A stretch of 62,238 nt of DNA, the filler included, from Platydemus manokwari (taxonomy: Eukaryota): NCBI GenBank assembly GCA_037951405.1. It is 5 parts of 5 records of this genome, joined end to end, with 100 filler letters (N's around TTAATTAATTAA, not from the genome) between each part and the next. Parts side by side here need not be neighbours in the genome. Positions count along the whole stretch, not along the records: positions 1 to 14,086 come from JBBMOY011539188.1; positions 14,187 to 29,378 come from JBBMOY011326983.1; 3 more parts are not named here. The stretch is one strand, 5' to 3'. The position numbers and the translations under genes are program-made. This document shows positions 13,501 to 28,600 of this stretch, piece after piece. Under the pieces are notes generated by a model, which worked only from the letters and a program-made list of their open reading frames with translations, made no database searches and was not told the origin of the DNA. Every line of letters starts with the position of its first letter. Within the stretch, counting starts at the first letter, position 1.

Positions 13501-14086
13501 AAGATATAAATCGATACTCTGAAGTCTTGTTTGTTTAATTTTAAACCTTAATGTTTATTATTTTATCATGTAACGATAGTTAGCAATTGATCATAAATCA
13601 TATCTGTCCATTCCTCACCTTATAGATTATATACCGTTAAGACATGTAGAGATATTGGGAATTATAATTGCAAATGCATACGGTATTGATCTTCTAATGT
13701 TGATGTATAAAATAATGTGTTGTTTCATTGACTCTTAGACTTTCAAAACAAATGTAAAAATTTGCGTATAATATTATTTGGTGAATATTTCAAAATATTT
13801 TTACTTGTATAACGAATACATATTATATAAATTTATATTTTTATTTCTTTAGCAAGAGTAAAAGATATAAGCTGGATAAAATAAATTAATAACCTAGAAA
13901 GTATCATTTAATAAAATAGTTTTCTTTAAAATCAACTTATCTACATCTTCATCCATCGTATTGACTGGCTTTTATTCTTTCATTCAGATCATTTTATAAA
14001 TATAAAATGAAGAATTCGATGGGTGTTATAAAATTATCTTTAAATCTATATAGTGTTATAAATCAAGAAATATTTAGAGAATTCAC

Positions 14087-14186
14087 NNNNNNNNNNNNNN
14101 NNNNNNNNNNNNNNNNNNNNNNNNNNNNNNTTAATTAATTAANNNNNNNNNNNNNNNNNNNNNNNNNNNNNNNNNNNNNNNNNNNN
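14087..14186. other. Artificial contig-join spacer
   Basis: 44 N + TTAATTAATTAA (stops in all six frames) + 44 N = 100 bp. Confidence 0.97.
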
Positions 14187-14263
14187 TCTATATATTTGTG
14201 AATAAATGTCTATATATTTTTGAATAAATGTCTATATATTTTTGAATAAATGTCTATATATTT
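14187..14263. repeat. 22-bp minisatellite, about 3.5 copies, at a contig start
   Basis: Repeated unit tctatatattt(t/g)tgaataaatg. Confidence 0.9.
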
Positions 14264-16799
14264 ATTCATAACCCTGTATTTATTATGATAAAATTGAACA
14301 TAATTAATAAAATCTTTTAATTAATACCAGATTTCATAACTATGAAACATGTTATATACAAAACATTCAAAATTCAAAATTAACTATTAATAAAAATTTC
14401 CTAAATTAAATATTGATGTACAACAAAAATGTAAACAATTTTTGTACCTAACTGTTTGTGCACAGAAATATAATCGAATCAGGATAATTGTTTGCAATTG
14501 TTATGGATAAAAAATTTTCACTAAATGTCAATATTGACTATTTATCCTATATGTTTTTTGATAGAATTTCATTGCTCTGCGTTTTTTTCATTTTTCATTT
14601 TATCGTCGTTCCTTCCAATTTCTTTCGGCTTCCTTGAATGGTATTATCATTGTTTTTGATTTCCTATTGTTTCTTTGGTCGCGTTTAACAAATTTACACA
14701 TTCCTGAATGAAATGTACTTTCAGACTCATTTATTAGCTTTTTATAAGCGCTGATGGAACCCTTAATTAAAGTTTTCTATATTTTTCTAGAGCTTTTTTT
14801 TCTTGACTTTCTGCTTGGCCTCATTTTCTATTTATTTAAGATTTTATAAAATCGATTGACAATGGGATTTTATTTCTTTTAATGACTTTTTCACTTTTTA
14901 TTTTATTTCTCTTTGGAGTGAGAATTTTAAATATTCGGTTTGTGTTATCCTACCATCGATGTTTCGAGTAGTCATAAAAACAGCATTGCTGCTCTTCAAA
15001 CATCAGTAATGCGGTATTTTGCTTTCGTTAAATTTATTTTGGATAAAGGAAAATTATCTTCGGATTTTTTCCAACTGTTCTGAGTTCAATGTCGAACAGA
15101 AAGTCAAATGGTAATGCAGATTTTCTAAGGTGAGCTCAATTAAGATAAAAACTTGGTGTTCACTAATAATAGAAAACTCACTTGATATTTATAATCAGTA
15201 ATAAATACAAACCGTAAACAGTAAATGTGTGTGTGCCTCATAAATAGTTTTGATTTACGCTCTTCACAAAAAAACAATCCAAATAAAAATCAGGTCAGAA
15301 GAAATAATTATTGTTTAGTTAATCTCCTGACACATTTCGAGTCATATTCTGCATTCTCTATGAAATGAAGTATCTGTGCGTTTTACGTTTGAATTTAATG
15401 TCTGGTCGAATACCTAAATCTAATGACTCCTATGTATGCAAGACAAAAAATCGAATTATTAAAGACTATAGTTATTATTATTATGATTTCAGAGGTGCAA
15501 GTATCTCATGACTTCCATCAACTTTTAAGGGTCAAAGCAAATTTCAAGTTAATTAATATATTAATTATCATTCATTGTTTATTTTAAAATAATTACTTCC
15601 AAATTCTTCCTTAAAGTAAATAAACGATTCCAATACAATTTAATGTAAGCTCAATCATAAGCTTGTTAAAATTTATCAACATTAATTCTAAATAAGTTTT
15701 TACATTTAAATTTTTTTGTTCTTCCGCACTAATCACATTGCGGTATTTAGATTATGTAACAAGAAAGTTGATTGGTAATTAAAACTAATTATGATGATTG
15801 ATTGTTATTGATAACTTAACCTTCATATTGTGACAAATTCTTGCTTTTCCAACACAGATAAGCATAATATAAAACAGAATAAGAATGCTAATTCAAGTTC
15901 AAACTATAATATCGTATTTGACAAAGTAGAAAATAATCGAAGTCCGAATAAACGATTGAGTTTGATTTTATAATTCTAGAAAATAGTATACTGATTCGAT
16001 TAGGAATGAATTTAATTTATGAGTCAAAGAAAGATTATTATAATCTATTAATTGTCGAAGACGAGTATCGATAAATGTTATTTATTAGTTCAACAAAAGA
16101 TAAAGTCTAGGGGCTATTATAATTCCAAATAAATAGCTCCAAATAAACCTATTACTTAATATAACTTTTTGGAATTAGTTTATTACTTATGAATTTGAAT
16201 GATCATGTCCCATTGTAATTATTTCAATAAATTGTTTTTGAATAGTTAATGATTGCTCTACTAGATAATTTTTTCTGAATAACTATATATCTCTTAGAAT
16301 AAATAAGTCGTGATTTTATAATGTTGGTCATCTTAGGTAATAGATGATCTAAATATCTCTGTTTCAATTATATTTATTTGAGTAGAACTATTTTAATAAA
16401 TAGTCAATTACAGAAATGCCCATTAAAATTATCACAAGATTTTACAAAATGATAATTTTCTTTGAAAACATTCAACATTGATTAAATAAAATTAAATAAA
16501 GATTTGTGCTGCAACCCTCAGGAAAAACCATTCAAGTTAAAATCAAAAGATTAAATCCTGATAAATTATAATGAATTAAAATGATTAGGAATCTAGAATT
16601 CTAAAAATTCTAGAAGATTAAGTAAGCCGCAAGAATTCAGAAAGTATAGACTCGTCCGCTGAAATGTATTTTATTATTATTTATTTGTATTAGTATATTT
16701 GATAAATTTATATCACTAGATTTAACTTAACATCTTAGCATATTGTGAAAAGACGAGTACAAATACCAATGGAAATCTTTAAAAACTTCCGAAATTTGA

Positions 16800-17110
16800 G
16801 CTCAAGCATTACATTCACGATCATCCATGCACGATCACATCAACAAATGAGGCAAAGCAAATTTCAAATATTCAGAGCAAACACACACAATCATAAAGTA
16901 ACAAGCAATTCGATAAACCAATCAACACTCTAAAATTTAAAATACCAATATAAATCCTATAATATTTATCGAATAATTTGTAGTCATTCACATACTTCCA
17001 TAATCGGTTTTCCACTGCCTACAGACAGTTGAAATATAAACGTAACAATTTTCCAGCTGGTTATTTATAACAGCATTGCTGACCTTTAGAAATAATGAAA
17101 GCTCTAATTT
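16800..17110 (+). mobile_element. Possible decayed Penelope-like 3' end (GIY-YIG C-terminal region)
   Basis: Broken frames give RSSMHDHINK, then KFQIFR, then AIR/INQSTL, reminiscent of the Penelope S.IHDH...NF.IL...EAI.I...P.LN pattern. Weak. Confidence 0.25.
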
Positions 17111-17515
17111 ATTTATCCCTTGTTATCTTTAAAAGACCATTTTTCGACTGGCTTTAAAATTGCTAATAATTTTACTTTCATTTATATTAAAATAAAACAT
17201 AATCTTCGAACAAAAAATAATTAAAATGACAGAGATTATCACTTTAAATAATAAAATAAAAGTAATTTTTTGTATCGAATATCGAACAAATTTTAAAATG
17301 AAAAGTCAAATCATGTCACTAAAATATATTTCAAACCTAATGTGATGCAACAATGAATAATCACAATAAACATAGGTCTAAATAAAAAACAAAAATAGAC
17401 GAATATTATAATCTGGAAGAAATATAAAAAACGAAACAAAACAAAGATAAATATCTAAATAAATCGTCAAATATAAAGTCATATTGATAATCTCAAATTT
17501 TTATTCCTTATTGAT

Positions 17516-20500
17516 TCATGTATTTGAAAGAGCTTCACAAATATCAATATGATCTCGAACCAGGGCTTCGTCGTAAGCTGTGTTGTTATATTTGTTGGTG
17601 ATATGTCGATCACAATTCGCATTCAATAATAAATTGACGAAATCCAGTTTCCTATAAATCGAGGATAAATGCAGAAAAGTACAACCATTTTCATCTTGAA
17701 TCTGAAAATAAATCGATCAATAAATCAAATTACCCTATAGATTAAAACAAATGAAGTGGTATCTTTCGAAATAACTATAAAAATAATTTTCCCAGATTTT
17801 GATAAGCTAATATCGAATGTGTAAAAGATTTATTAATTAACTTATGTCATGGACTTCTAGATATACCTCACATAGCCAGAGACGAATTGGTGCTGAAGTC
17901 TTACACTACTGACTGAGTTCAGTATATCATTTTGTTATATATTGATCAATTTGATGTTTTGTTTAGTTTTTAATGGCAAATTTTCGAATTTATCTTTCGA
18001 ATCTTATCACAGTTGATCGCTATCTGATATCTCTGCCCGTTTGTGTTCTTAATTACTTTCCATTTGCAAACTACATTCAAATTCATATTATTTAGATACT
18101 CATTCGTCTAATTTACAATTTCCTTATAACTTCTACTCATTTCAAAATAAGACAACATTTTTCAAAATAACCATGGAAACAATTTTCCTTCACATGTTTT
18201 GTTATACAAATAGATATAGTTATGTATTTTGCGATTAAAGGAAATGCGGAACTGAAACATGATTCTGTCAGTTTTATTATATCATATAACATTTACTTGA
18301 TAAAATGGATATTAAAATTATATTTCATCCAAATGAAAAAATCTCCTATAAAAGAGAAGAGATAACAGTGAAATTTATGACAGGGCATCTTTCTTCTACA
18401 TCATTCTTTATCTTAGGACTAGTTAATGAATAATTGATGCATAACACTCTTACTCATGTCTATATCGCTCATCTCAATTCATTTGGTAACTTCTTTAAAT
18501 GATAGAAGGTAAGCCAATAAATAACCAGATCATTTAAAAGAAACTATAATGTAACGATTATTAGCAGTACAACTTAACGGAAAATACAGGAGACAGTGGG
18601 AATATTTGTTACTTGTGAAATACTTTAATGATTATATTTTCCTTTAATAATAATATTATAAAATCATCAAAATTCTTTCAACCAATGAAAGTATGTATAA
18701 TTATGTGTACAATTCAATAAATCATAATTCTTTATTAATCTATCAATATTTAGAATCGCTACATAAGCGATAATTTATAGATCATTGAAATTTATTTCAT
18801 TTTTCGTCCGACTTCGATACAAAGAATACCCCCACCATTTATATCATAGAATCCTTACAATAATTGATCCAGTTGCGGATAAATATCATAAAAATTCTCT
18901 TTTATATTTCAGATACGGGTTTATTCAAAGACAAAAAATATTTTAATCGATATAATTTTTTTTACGATTAACATTATATAATCTTTGCGTGATCGATTAT
19001 GGCAATTTATTGAATTGATTAATTCGATAGATAATTGCTATATGATAATTGTAGACATCACTTACATTCACATCGATTCCAGCTTGAATATATAATTCCA
19101 TTAACCGAACATCATTTTGGTGAATTGCCCAAGTTATTTCTTGAAATAATTCACTATTTGATATTTCAAGTTTGCTTCCTTTGTTTCTCAATTCTCGAAT
19201 CAGCTCTACACTGCTTCGATTTGATACTGCACACCTCAATGGTGTAAAACAAGATTGATCTTTACAATTCAATGAAACACCCTTTTCAAGGAGAAATTTC
19301 ACGACTTCTAATTGATTTTCTGACGAAGCAACATGAAGAGCAGTTCTACCATTATAGTCAGCTGCCTACAAATAAGGAAAATAAATGTAGAGCTTTATTA
19401 TTTTAATGTTTTGTCTAGAAAAATATCGATCGATAAATTCTATGATAATCAGACTGAATTGATTCTGTGTGCTTAACAATCTCAGAGAGTCGCTTAACAT
19501 TGCTCACACAATAATTCTGAAATCGACAATGAAAGCAGTCTAATCTTAGACATACAGACTTACAAATTATTTGAATTGATAGTCAGGAATTCTCCTATCA
19601 GATATAGTCTAATAAAATGACATTCTCGTTAAAAAATGGAAAATGTCAGTAAATACCAAAGTTATTAATAAATATTTGTGATTTATTTGTGGCATCACTC
19701 ACAGTTTTCCGGTCCAAATAATATCACAGATAAAAATCTGAAAACTCCCTCTTTTCCCAACCGTTATTATTGAGTGTATATTTTTAAGAAATAATGTTAC
19801 TGTTTATATATTGATATATCAGTTAGATTTTTTATTTATTTTACTGGAATATAATTCATGTACAAATGTTAATCAAGTGCTCAACATAGCGAAAAATGTT
19901 TATTGCACTCAACACATCGTAACGATTTTAATGAAAAAACATCTTAAACTCTACTGAATGCTCTCCCACTAATCTCTGAAACCATTCATTTTAAACTACA
20001 AAATTTTAATTAATATTGTATTATTATATTTGTATTATTATAACGGCGCATTGTTATACATGGTTTAGATTAGAATCAACAAAGAATGGTTTCAGCTATC
20101 CTGATAATCGATTATAGCTTTCATAACAATAGTAAAGCAAAAACTGATAATAATAATTATTATAATTATTGTATTTATTATTACAAAAATGATTATAACG
20201 GAAATCATAATAATATAACCGTATTATAAATAATAAAAAAACAATGTTAATAATAATAATTATTATTATAAAGTTAATTATTATAATAGTGTCAATGATG
20301 ATTATCATAAAAATATAAAATTATAATTATAATATTAAAAATAATATCAAAATCAATAATCATCAAATAATCAACAATTTCAATAAAATCACCTCCCAAT
20401 TTCCCCGACGTTTACCAATTTGTTCCACCATTGCGACATTTCCCTCCTTCGCGCTAGCACAAAGTGCAGCTCCGATAATCGCCTCGCTGTCCATCACTAT

Positions 20501-22875
20501 CCCATCTTGACTAAGTGTTCGTTGCTCTCGAGCTATTTCGGCCTCCGTCAGAGTTAATTCTCCACACAAATTTCTCGTCATTGCGGACCTCTTGGTCTCA
20601 ATTGTCCAATCGGATCTCGCTAGCACATAAGACAACTTATTAAGAGCTGCCTCCAAAGTCATGTCAAGACCAGGAAATATGCCATATTCCTTTAGAATGA
20701 ACCCCGTTCGATAAATGGCTTTGATGCCACCTTTCCAACATTGTGTGATATTGATAATGATACAGCCTCGATCGTATGCATCTTTGAACAATCCCAACAA
20801 ATCTTTCCGACAGAAAGGCATATTTCCAGATCCATATGTTAATAAAACCACACCTGACAACCAGTTTCATTCTGAATCATATATTTAATGTAATTACCCT
20901 TGATTGGTGGAGCAAGGAATGCTTTAACTGTTTCACAAGTAATCGATGGAAACATTCGCAACACCGACACATCTGCACACATATTTGTGTGAACCTTGAA
21001 TGGATCACCACGCTTGTCATGCATTAGAATACGATGAGCATGGACCTTTATTGATATACCTACATCTGCTAGTGGGGGATAATTGGGAGAATCAAATGCA
21101 TCAAAATGCACACTGGATAGTTTCGAAGTACGATTGGCTCTGAATAACTGAAAACAATGTTATGAAACAAATGGAATTATTCATGCCAGAAACAATATAC
21201 GAACTTTTTCATGAAAGAAAAGAGTGACTTCCGGAATATCATAATGGCTAGCGATAATGAGAGATGCCAAAAGATTCTCCCGGCCGTCACTTCGAATCTC
21301 AAACAATGGGATCTGGGAACCAGTCAAAATTACGGGTTTTGATAAATTTTCCATTAGAAATGAAAGAGCGGAACCGGTGAATGACATCGTGTCAGTGCCA
21401 TGGAGAATAATGAAACCGTCGTAATTGTCATACTCTGAATAAATATCTTTTGTAATCCTGATATAATCATCCATGGTCATGTCAGAAGAATCTAACAATG
21501 GTGTATATTCCCAAACATTAAAGAAGACACGAACGTCATCTGGTGATCGAGGCATAATAAAAACGTTGCTTTGAAGATCCATCTCTTGCCTGATAGAGAA
21601 ATATTATGTTTAATTATAGATAATTTGAAGAAAAGTTTTATTGGTGAATCTATAAATTCAAGAAAATTGTCAAATTGAGGTTGAGCCTCACGTTAAATGC
21701 AAACATATTTTATAATGAAAATAATCAGAAAAACCGTCACAACAAAAGGCACTTCGAGCTTCAGGATTTCAGGATTAAAAACTAAACATTTCTTGACTCA
21801 ATCTGATCAAACATATCACAGAGCACTTGGTAAAAACATTTATTTATAAAATCAAAATGACTATAAAAATAATACGAATATAATCACGAATTCATTATGA
21901 TCAAACTTCTGCATTAAATAAATATCAAAGAAAAACGTGGATCACAATCCCCTTAAGTCGGAAATTTCGTTTATGACGTCACAACCTTTACTCACATTCT
22001 CGAACATTCGTCAACCAATGAGATTCGTTCATCAAAAACTATTTCAAATTGCATAATATTCATTCAATAAATTTTCCTATCCCCGTTCAGATTTCATCCC
22101 AATAACTCATTTCGCAGCCATATGGACAATAAATGGTAATAGAGATTAAATTTCACGAATTGCTCTCCCCATGGGTCTATAGTCTATATTTCAAAGGTAC
22201 GCAGACAAAACAGAGCCCAAAAATCAAAAACAAGACGAAAATATTGCATCTCACCAGTACATGTAATTACCGCGACAATGATAAATGACAGTTTTAACTA
22301 GTGAGTATAAATAATAATCTTTTATGAATGTTTTCAGCCATAAATAACCATTGTTGTCAGATAGTTATGATATTGAGAGCTCGGTTACAATTTCGGATAC
22401 ATTTTACTAGCAATTAATATATGATCTCAAATAATTTATACCAAAAATAGATTAGCTAAAAAGCGTATTCACACCCACCTGAGCCGATTGTCATTGAACA
22501 TAGGTAACTTATGGAGAGCTTTACAAAAGAAATTCGGTTCAGGTTCATAAGCACCATCTTTTTTGCGCATACCAATTGTGCCACCAGTATACAAGATTAA
22601 AATTTCTTTTATTTTTTTACATTGTGGATCTAATTTCTTCAATGTTTCAATAGAGAAATTAGGAAGACGGGAACCATAAATGACTTTCGGTTTATAGTAT
22701 TTATCTATGCTTTTGACTTCGAAACTGTTTTCAGAAATTAGATTCTTCTTGGAATGAGGTTTATCATTGATTCCGTTGATAGACGTCAGTGTAGAATTAA
22801 AATCTCTGAAGAATTGAAATAGATTAAAATATTAAAATGTTGATTTAATAGAAATTACGTTTCAGAGTTGGTCAT
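17516..22875 (-). CDS. ASPG: L-asparaginase with C-terminal ankyrin repeats (60-kDa lysophospholipase, ASPG-like), 7 exons, 641 aa
   Basis: Manual splice: exons 22875-22859, 22805-22479, 21589-21205, 21147-20898, 20853-20393, 19365-19066, 17701-17516 (1926 nt, all GT-AG, phases consistent). Catalytic-domain motifs: LYTGGTIGM, LLDSSDM, ILHGTDTM, LTGSQIP, FDAFDSPNYPPLA, TYGSGN, DMTLEAA. Ankyrin motifs: DYNGRTALHVAS, DQSCFTPL, DENGCTFLHLS. AATAAA on the minus strand at 17505-17500. The 17-nt first exon is the least certain. Confidence 0.95.
20130..20362. repeat. Degenerate (AAT)n low-complexity tract in ASPG intron 5
   Basis: aataataattattataattatt-type repeats. Confidence 0.75.
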
Positions 22876-25539
22876 TGTAATTGTTAAAACGGCTTGAACT
22901 ATAAAAATTTCTTCAATAAACGTGACCTAATTAATAGCCATTTAAATTGTCTCGAATATATTTAAAATCGTTACTCAAATTTGTTTGATAAATTTGACCT
23001 AAATGATATAAATTCATAAGATTTAAACAAAACTAACTTAGAAATTTATTATGAAAAATTGAAATATTTTATTTATAATCTAATATAATAAATTAATCTG
23101 TGTAATTTGCCAGAGATTCATAAAAATTATTAATCAGTTAATGAGATGCACATGAATATTTAACAATGCTTCATTCTCTTCAAATTTCTTAATGTTTTCA
23201 ACTTCAATGAAAATGGTGCAAAATATACAAAACTGCAAATGCTTTGTGAAATTATTGTAAATTATATTTCCCACAAATTATTTTTTTTACTTAATAAAAA
23301 TAGATATATAAAGTGTTTCGGATTTTTGTTAATCTAGTAGGTGAACTTCAGAAAGAATATCCAAATATATAGGCAATATTCACTTCTTTAATAAAGATAT
23401 TATTTTGCTCCAATCAGGAGGTTTTCGTTCCAAAGAAGTAAGAGATTAAGTTTACATGCAGAAAAAATAGACATGATTAAACAGTTACGGATTAGTAGAG
23501 AAAATCTGTTTTGTCTGTGTAAATCAAAAATCTTTTAATTATGAAATATAATTTAACAATTTTATCATTGAACTAAAATATTATTATAATACAACTTAAC
23601 TTACAATGATAAAATTGAGTTTTACCATGATAAACTATTTGTTTCCACTGCTTTCATATTTACAGATTGGTGCAGTTTAACGCATATTCGTTCCAAGTGT
23701 GTTTTTAATTAATTTGTACTTCTTAATAAATAATTTCAATCATATTTTATTATTTTAGATTATTATAGAGTCACACCTAAGCAGGTTATCGGCAAAATTT
23801 TTATTTTATTAAGTCAAAAATGTTTTTTGTTTTGTTTGGAGTTTATTTTCCTTGAACTAATGATAATAAAAGAACCGCAGTATTAAAAATGTAAGTTTAA
23901 CTGTCCAAATCTCCTTATCGATGACTTACTACTATTGAACTGACTATGCTACAAAGGTTGATTAAAAGTCTATAATTTATTCTAACTACTTCTCAAACTG
24001 TGATTAGTAGCTGAATCTTATTACCAGAAGACCATGTGACACGAAATTTTTATATAAAATTTTTATATATTTTATATCCCAAGCTATAAAATTAATTATA
24101 ATTAAAATAGTTGTGGCACTGTTTATTATAATTGACTAGTCAGCTCAAAATATTCAAGCAAAAAATGCACTATATACAAATGAGAAAATGAAGCGTTAGT
24201 ATGGGAATTATTAAGTTTAACAAATGTGTTGGGTCAGCTATATATATTAGATTCATTGTCAAATCAAGTTGCACATTTTCTACAAAATTGAAAGGTAAGT
24301 TCTACCAGAAGAAGATTTCTTCTCTAGACTAAAAGACATTCAAATCCCTACGATTTTAAATTATATGTTCAGTATATCTGGAAGTAGCAAACACTAATCA
24401 AAGGTATTTAGCATTTTTCCTAATATTATATCGTCAACATATATAATAATTCATATTTGTTAATGCCTTATACCAGATACCACTCCAATAATACGAAGAA
24501 GTAACGGTTATCATCAAGCGTTTACTAGTATTGTGTGTGACTCAAAATTTGATTGAGTATGCTCGTAGATTTTGTTATTTTTTATTAATCATTAATAGAG
24601 TTTTATTATTATTATTATTATTGTTTCTGTCTTTGTCTCAGTTGTTTTATTGTAATTTTGTGTTTAATCAGAGTTTGATAGTTATTGTTAATACTTCACG
24701 ATCACCTATAACTACTGGCTGTGTAATTGTATATGTTAGTAAATTGTGTTAATGCTGTTTAGTTAAGTGAATATCAGTACAAAATTATACGAATTAAAAA
24801 TTTGTATGCCCACCATTTCACTGGAAGATCAACCAATTTGGTGCCATAAGCAAGAAAGATTAATTCATATAAAATAATTAATCATTTATACTATCCATTA
24901 TATATACAACTAAGCTCATTCATATAAACGATTTCACCCAATTATTAATAGGGATCCTATAAATCATGACCTTTCCAAAATTGTCATTGGCTGCTATTAA
25001 GGTGCATGTTAGTATTCTTAAACTTATATCGGTGTTAATTTGTTACAATAATAAACGTTTATAAAGCAAATGTAGTTTCGATTATTACCCACTGCGTGCT
25101 AAAGGATCATAGTTCGTTTCAAAAGGAATTATTCCTAATTACTCGAAAGTGTTTGGATATTGAAATTTGAATTAGATAAACACTATAACACCGTTATCCT
25201 TCTCGACAAACAAGGAAGTGAACGATCGAGGGAAGGAAGAACAAATAAAACTAAGTTTAGGGTCATTACTTCCAAAGAGTCATCAGAGGTAATCAGACTG
25301 ATTAGGCATAATAAGTTCTTTTGTTTGATTGTTTGATTGAAAATATTAATACAGAATTATTAGACTTCTAAATTAACCGTTTTTCCTTTTTAAATGTCTC
25401 ACATTAGCTTTATCAAATATTCACCCAATTTGTCAGGTTTACGCAATCTTCGTCCGTACAATTTACCGAGAATATAATTACTTCAAGAATGATTTTGCCT
25501 GTCAATTGGGTATTTTAATCATTCAAACACGGAGATGTT

Positions 25540-25690
25540 CGGCACCTTACTGTACAAATCAGATTCTTGTAAATTGTTATTCTCTGACTGGATTTCAGCT
25601 TGCGATAGATTTATGTCAGCAGAAATAAACCAACTTTCAGATGAGCCAATGACAACGATGAATGAAAGGAGAATTTCCAATTGCAAAAAT
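25540..25690 (-). mobile_element. Possible decayed APE-type LINE endonuclease fragment
   Basis: A minus frame reads LEILLSFIVVIGSSESWFISADINLSQAEIQSENNNLQESD, resembling the APE motif II..I.ETWL...I...EI.I..Y.L.R.DR. There is no start codon and stops lie nearby. Confidence 0.3.
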
Positions 25691-28600
25691 ATTTACCAAA
25701 ACTTTGAAAGATCTAGCAAATAAAAATCTATTTACAAGTCAGGATTAACACCCAAATTAAGACTATAAACACGTTGTCTTTTGACAGATATTACCAACCT
25801 TATCTTTAACTTTTTGATTACAAGCTTATTTTGTGATTTGGATTGTATTTTGCTATCGACATTACTGTTTACAGCTGGTCAAACAATTTTTCACATATTT
25901 TAATCGAAACATTGCTTATGGTACTGTATTATATAATGTACTTCTTATAAAATACTAGCTGTGACGTTTTACTGATAATGCTTCGGCAATGATGGAATTA
26001 AACCTGTGTATTGAGATTGCGTGGCCACTACCTCCCTGTACTACTCATCCTATCTGTGTTAACCATTGATAATTATTTTTAATGCTTCATACTTGTAGTT
26101 GATTGCATAATTTTAAGTGTAAAAACTAACATGAAATTTCAATAATTTTCATGGTTAAAATATATGTTAGTAGAAAAAAAATTTTCTTTAACTTAATAAT
26201 ATATTGAGAATAATTTTTGGTTTAAAATAATTTGGATAGATAAATAAATAAATTAAAATTAGAATTAATAAAAGATAATAAATAAATATGGAAAATCGAG
26301 AGTCGGGATTGTCTAGAATGTCCGAAATATCACATGAAATAAATTTAATGACTATTTAGAAAATCAATATACATTAAATTAAATAATAATCAAAACAAAT
26401 TGGTAAAGAATTGCCTATTGGAACAGCCAATAATAAAAGCCGAACACTTAATTTAAGGATACCTATACATTGAAATTCGAATATTGTAATTACGAACAAT
26501 TTTTTTCCGAAGAATAAAAAGACAGAATTGCAGTTAGATAAAAAGGATAATAATTTCAAAAAACACGATTTACTATTTCACAGACATTATTAGAGAGCTC
26601 CGACAAAATCCGAATCAATAAGTGAATGTGTATTAGCTTCATTAAAAATTTTCCATATAATTTCTGTTGGCATCTTGGGTATTTATAAAATATTAGAAAT
26701 AAGAATTTTTAAAAGATATGTATAGAATACCGGCAATTAATAATATATAAAGCACTATCTAACTCCAATGAATACTGTTATAAGAATATATAATTAATTT
26801 TATAACAATTACAATTGATATGGACTACAAACTAAAGCAATAAATAATTATTAGTTGAAACAATAACCAGGCTTTTACCTGACTTTTGTTCAAATTAATT
26901 TAGAGTTTCCTGTGCCTTCGCCGCAAGAGCCCTTGTTGTTGAGTAACTTACTGAGAATTTAGCCTATATCTCCCAGTAATTCCTCTAATTGAGATAAGTT
27001 TATGCAATTAGTTTAAATGCAGTTAATGGAATAGTTGGGCTGGGTCCACTCCATGTAAATTTAAAGAAGAAACATAAATTCGTTACAATAAATTGTTTAT
27101 AAAAGTCATTTGATAAAATTAAAATTAATTGAAACGTAGAATAGTTATAATTCTGCAAGAAATTCCTGATATTTATACATGAATATTGATTGATTTTTCT
27201 GCTAGTAGGATTTTTCTTAAAATAATCATCATATGATCGAGTAGGTGTAATAATTATAGATCGTTCTGTCTGGAATTTCTTGACTGATATAATATTGTAA
27301 TATCAAATATAATATTAGATGTATTATAATGTTGGGCGCTTTTGTAATAACTGGCAATCTTTTTCTCTTTTTCTTCTTTATTGTTCGATGCTGTTCCTAT
27401 CTTTATATTTTATTTAATCTCTTTCTATCGCTTATTCTTCTCCGTCATTATTTTCGGTATTTTTTAATCTCATTTTTCTACTTAAACTTTTTTATTTTTC
27501 TATTTATTTTGAGAAAAATTTTATGTTTACTGTTGTTTATATCCAAATATGCGTCGCATAATATTAACATTGCATTATTAAATTTCTTTTGTAAATAAAT
27601 ATTGAAATCACAACTTTCGTTGTAGTTAATCTTTTAATTTGTTGCTATTTGTTGATGTGTTCCAGCATTTTTACATTTCTATTATAAACTGAACGTTCAT
27701 TCGACTCTTCACATTTATAATTTCATTATTAGTGAATAACAATTAATTAAGGAGACATTTTAATTATCACTGTTGATCATTATTAAATATCAATGAAAGC
27801 AGAATACCAATCGTGTTAACAGGTATTTTTATAGCTCATTTTACCAGCTCATTAATCTATTTGCATTAACGTCATATTCAATAGTACGGTTGGGCACAAA
27901 TTGAATTTTTCCTAATTCCAAACCTTCATATTGATAAAGGGGTATTACTATCAACAGCTATAAACACTTGATATTAGTCTTAACTAAATTTCAGTATCAG
28001 TCTCGATAACATGTTATCAGCCCCTTGGGACATTATGAACTATTGACACTTATTCAGAAATATACAGAAATATACTCATATTATTGCTGATATCGCCCTT
28101 AGTGAAACTATTATTTCGAAAGGATCTTCAAGCGGCATTCAGTAATTTAAATGTTCGACACATTGACCCACATGGTAAATACAACCTTAATCCTTTTTAA
28201 TGATCTAAAATTCTGTCGGAGTTTTTATGTTTACCATTTTTGTTTGTATTCATCTAAATTGTCAACAATTTCCAGGTTAATTTTCAGATTCCTGTGCCAA
28301 AATTGTAATTCGGATTGTATTAATCAAAACATAACGATAGCTTGTAGAGAAACAAAATCTATATTTTTGTTGTTTTTGGGGTCAGGGTTTTTTTGATGAT
28401 TCATTGTCTATTCTCAATTCTATCTGATTTATTTAAATTTGATTTGTGCAATATCAGAGTCAAATCAGTCTCAAGGAGTTCGTATAACCTCAGAAAAGCA
28501 GTAAAACTATTATTTTATAGTGTTTCTTCTCCGCAATCGAATCAATCCTCGTATGAAGATGGGATGATCAGCTCAATGATATTGCTTGTATTTTCACTCT

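Noticed and set aside
14187-14263. Regular short repeats as a possible CRISPR array
   Set aside because: Head-to-tail tandem units with no spacers, in a eukaryotic context.
21973-22020. TGACGTCA (CRE) and CCAAT in ASPG intron 2
   Set aside because: Short motifs with no independent support.
23100-23900. Splice-like signals on the plus strand, head-to-head with ASPG
   Set aside because: Every candidate exon contains stops; no coherent model.
25380-25690. Possible spliced neuropeptide precursor on the minus strand (hydrophobic stretch, GTAAGG donor, GRR motif)
   Set aside because: No in-frame ATG, and the GRR-containing frame is preceded by a stop and is out of phase with the donor.
27329-27598. 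Hydrophobic F/L/I-rich short ORFs (also 7474-7752, 12974-13231, 20096-20308, 24531-24752, 39451-39792)
   Set aside because: Expected from T-rich or low-complexity DNA at this AT content; no motifs or gene signals.
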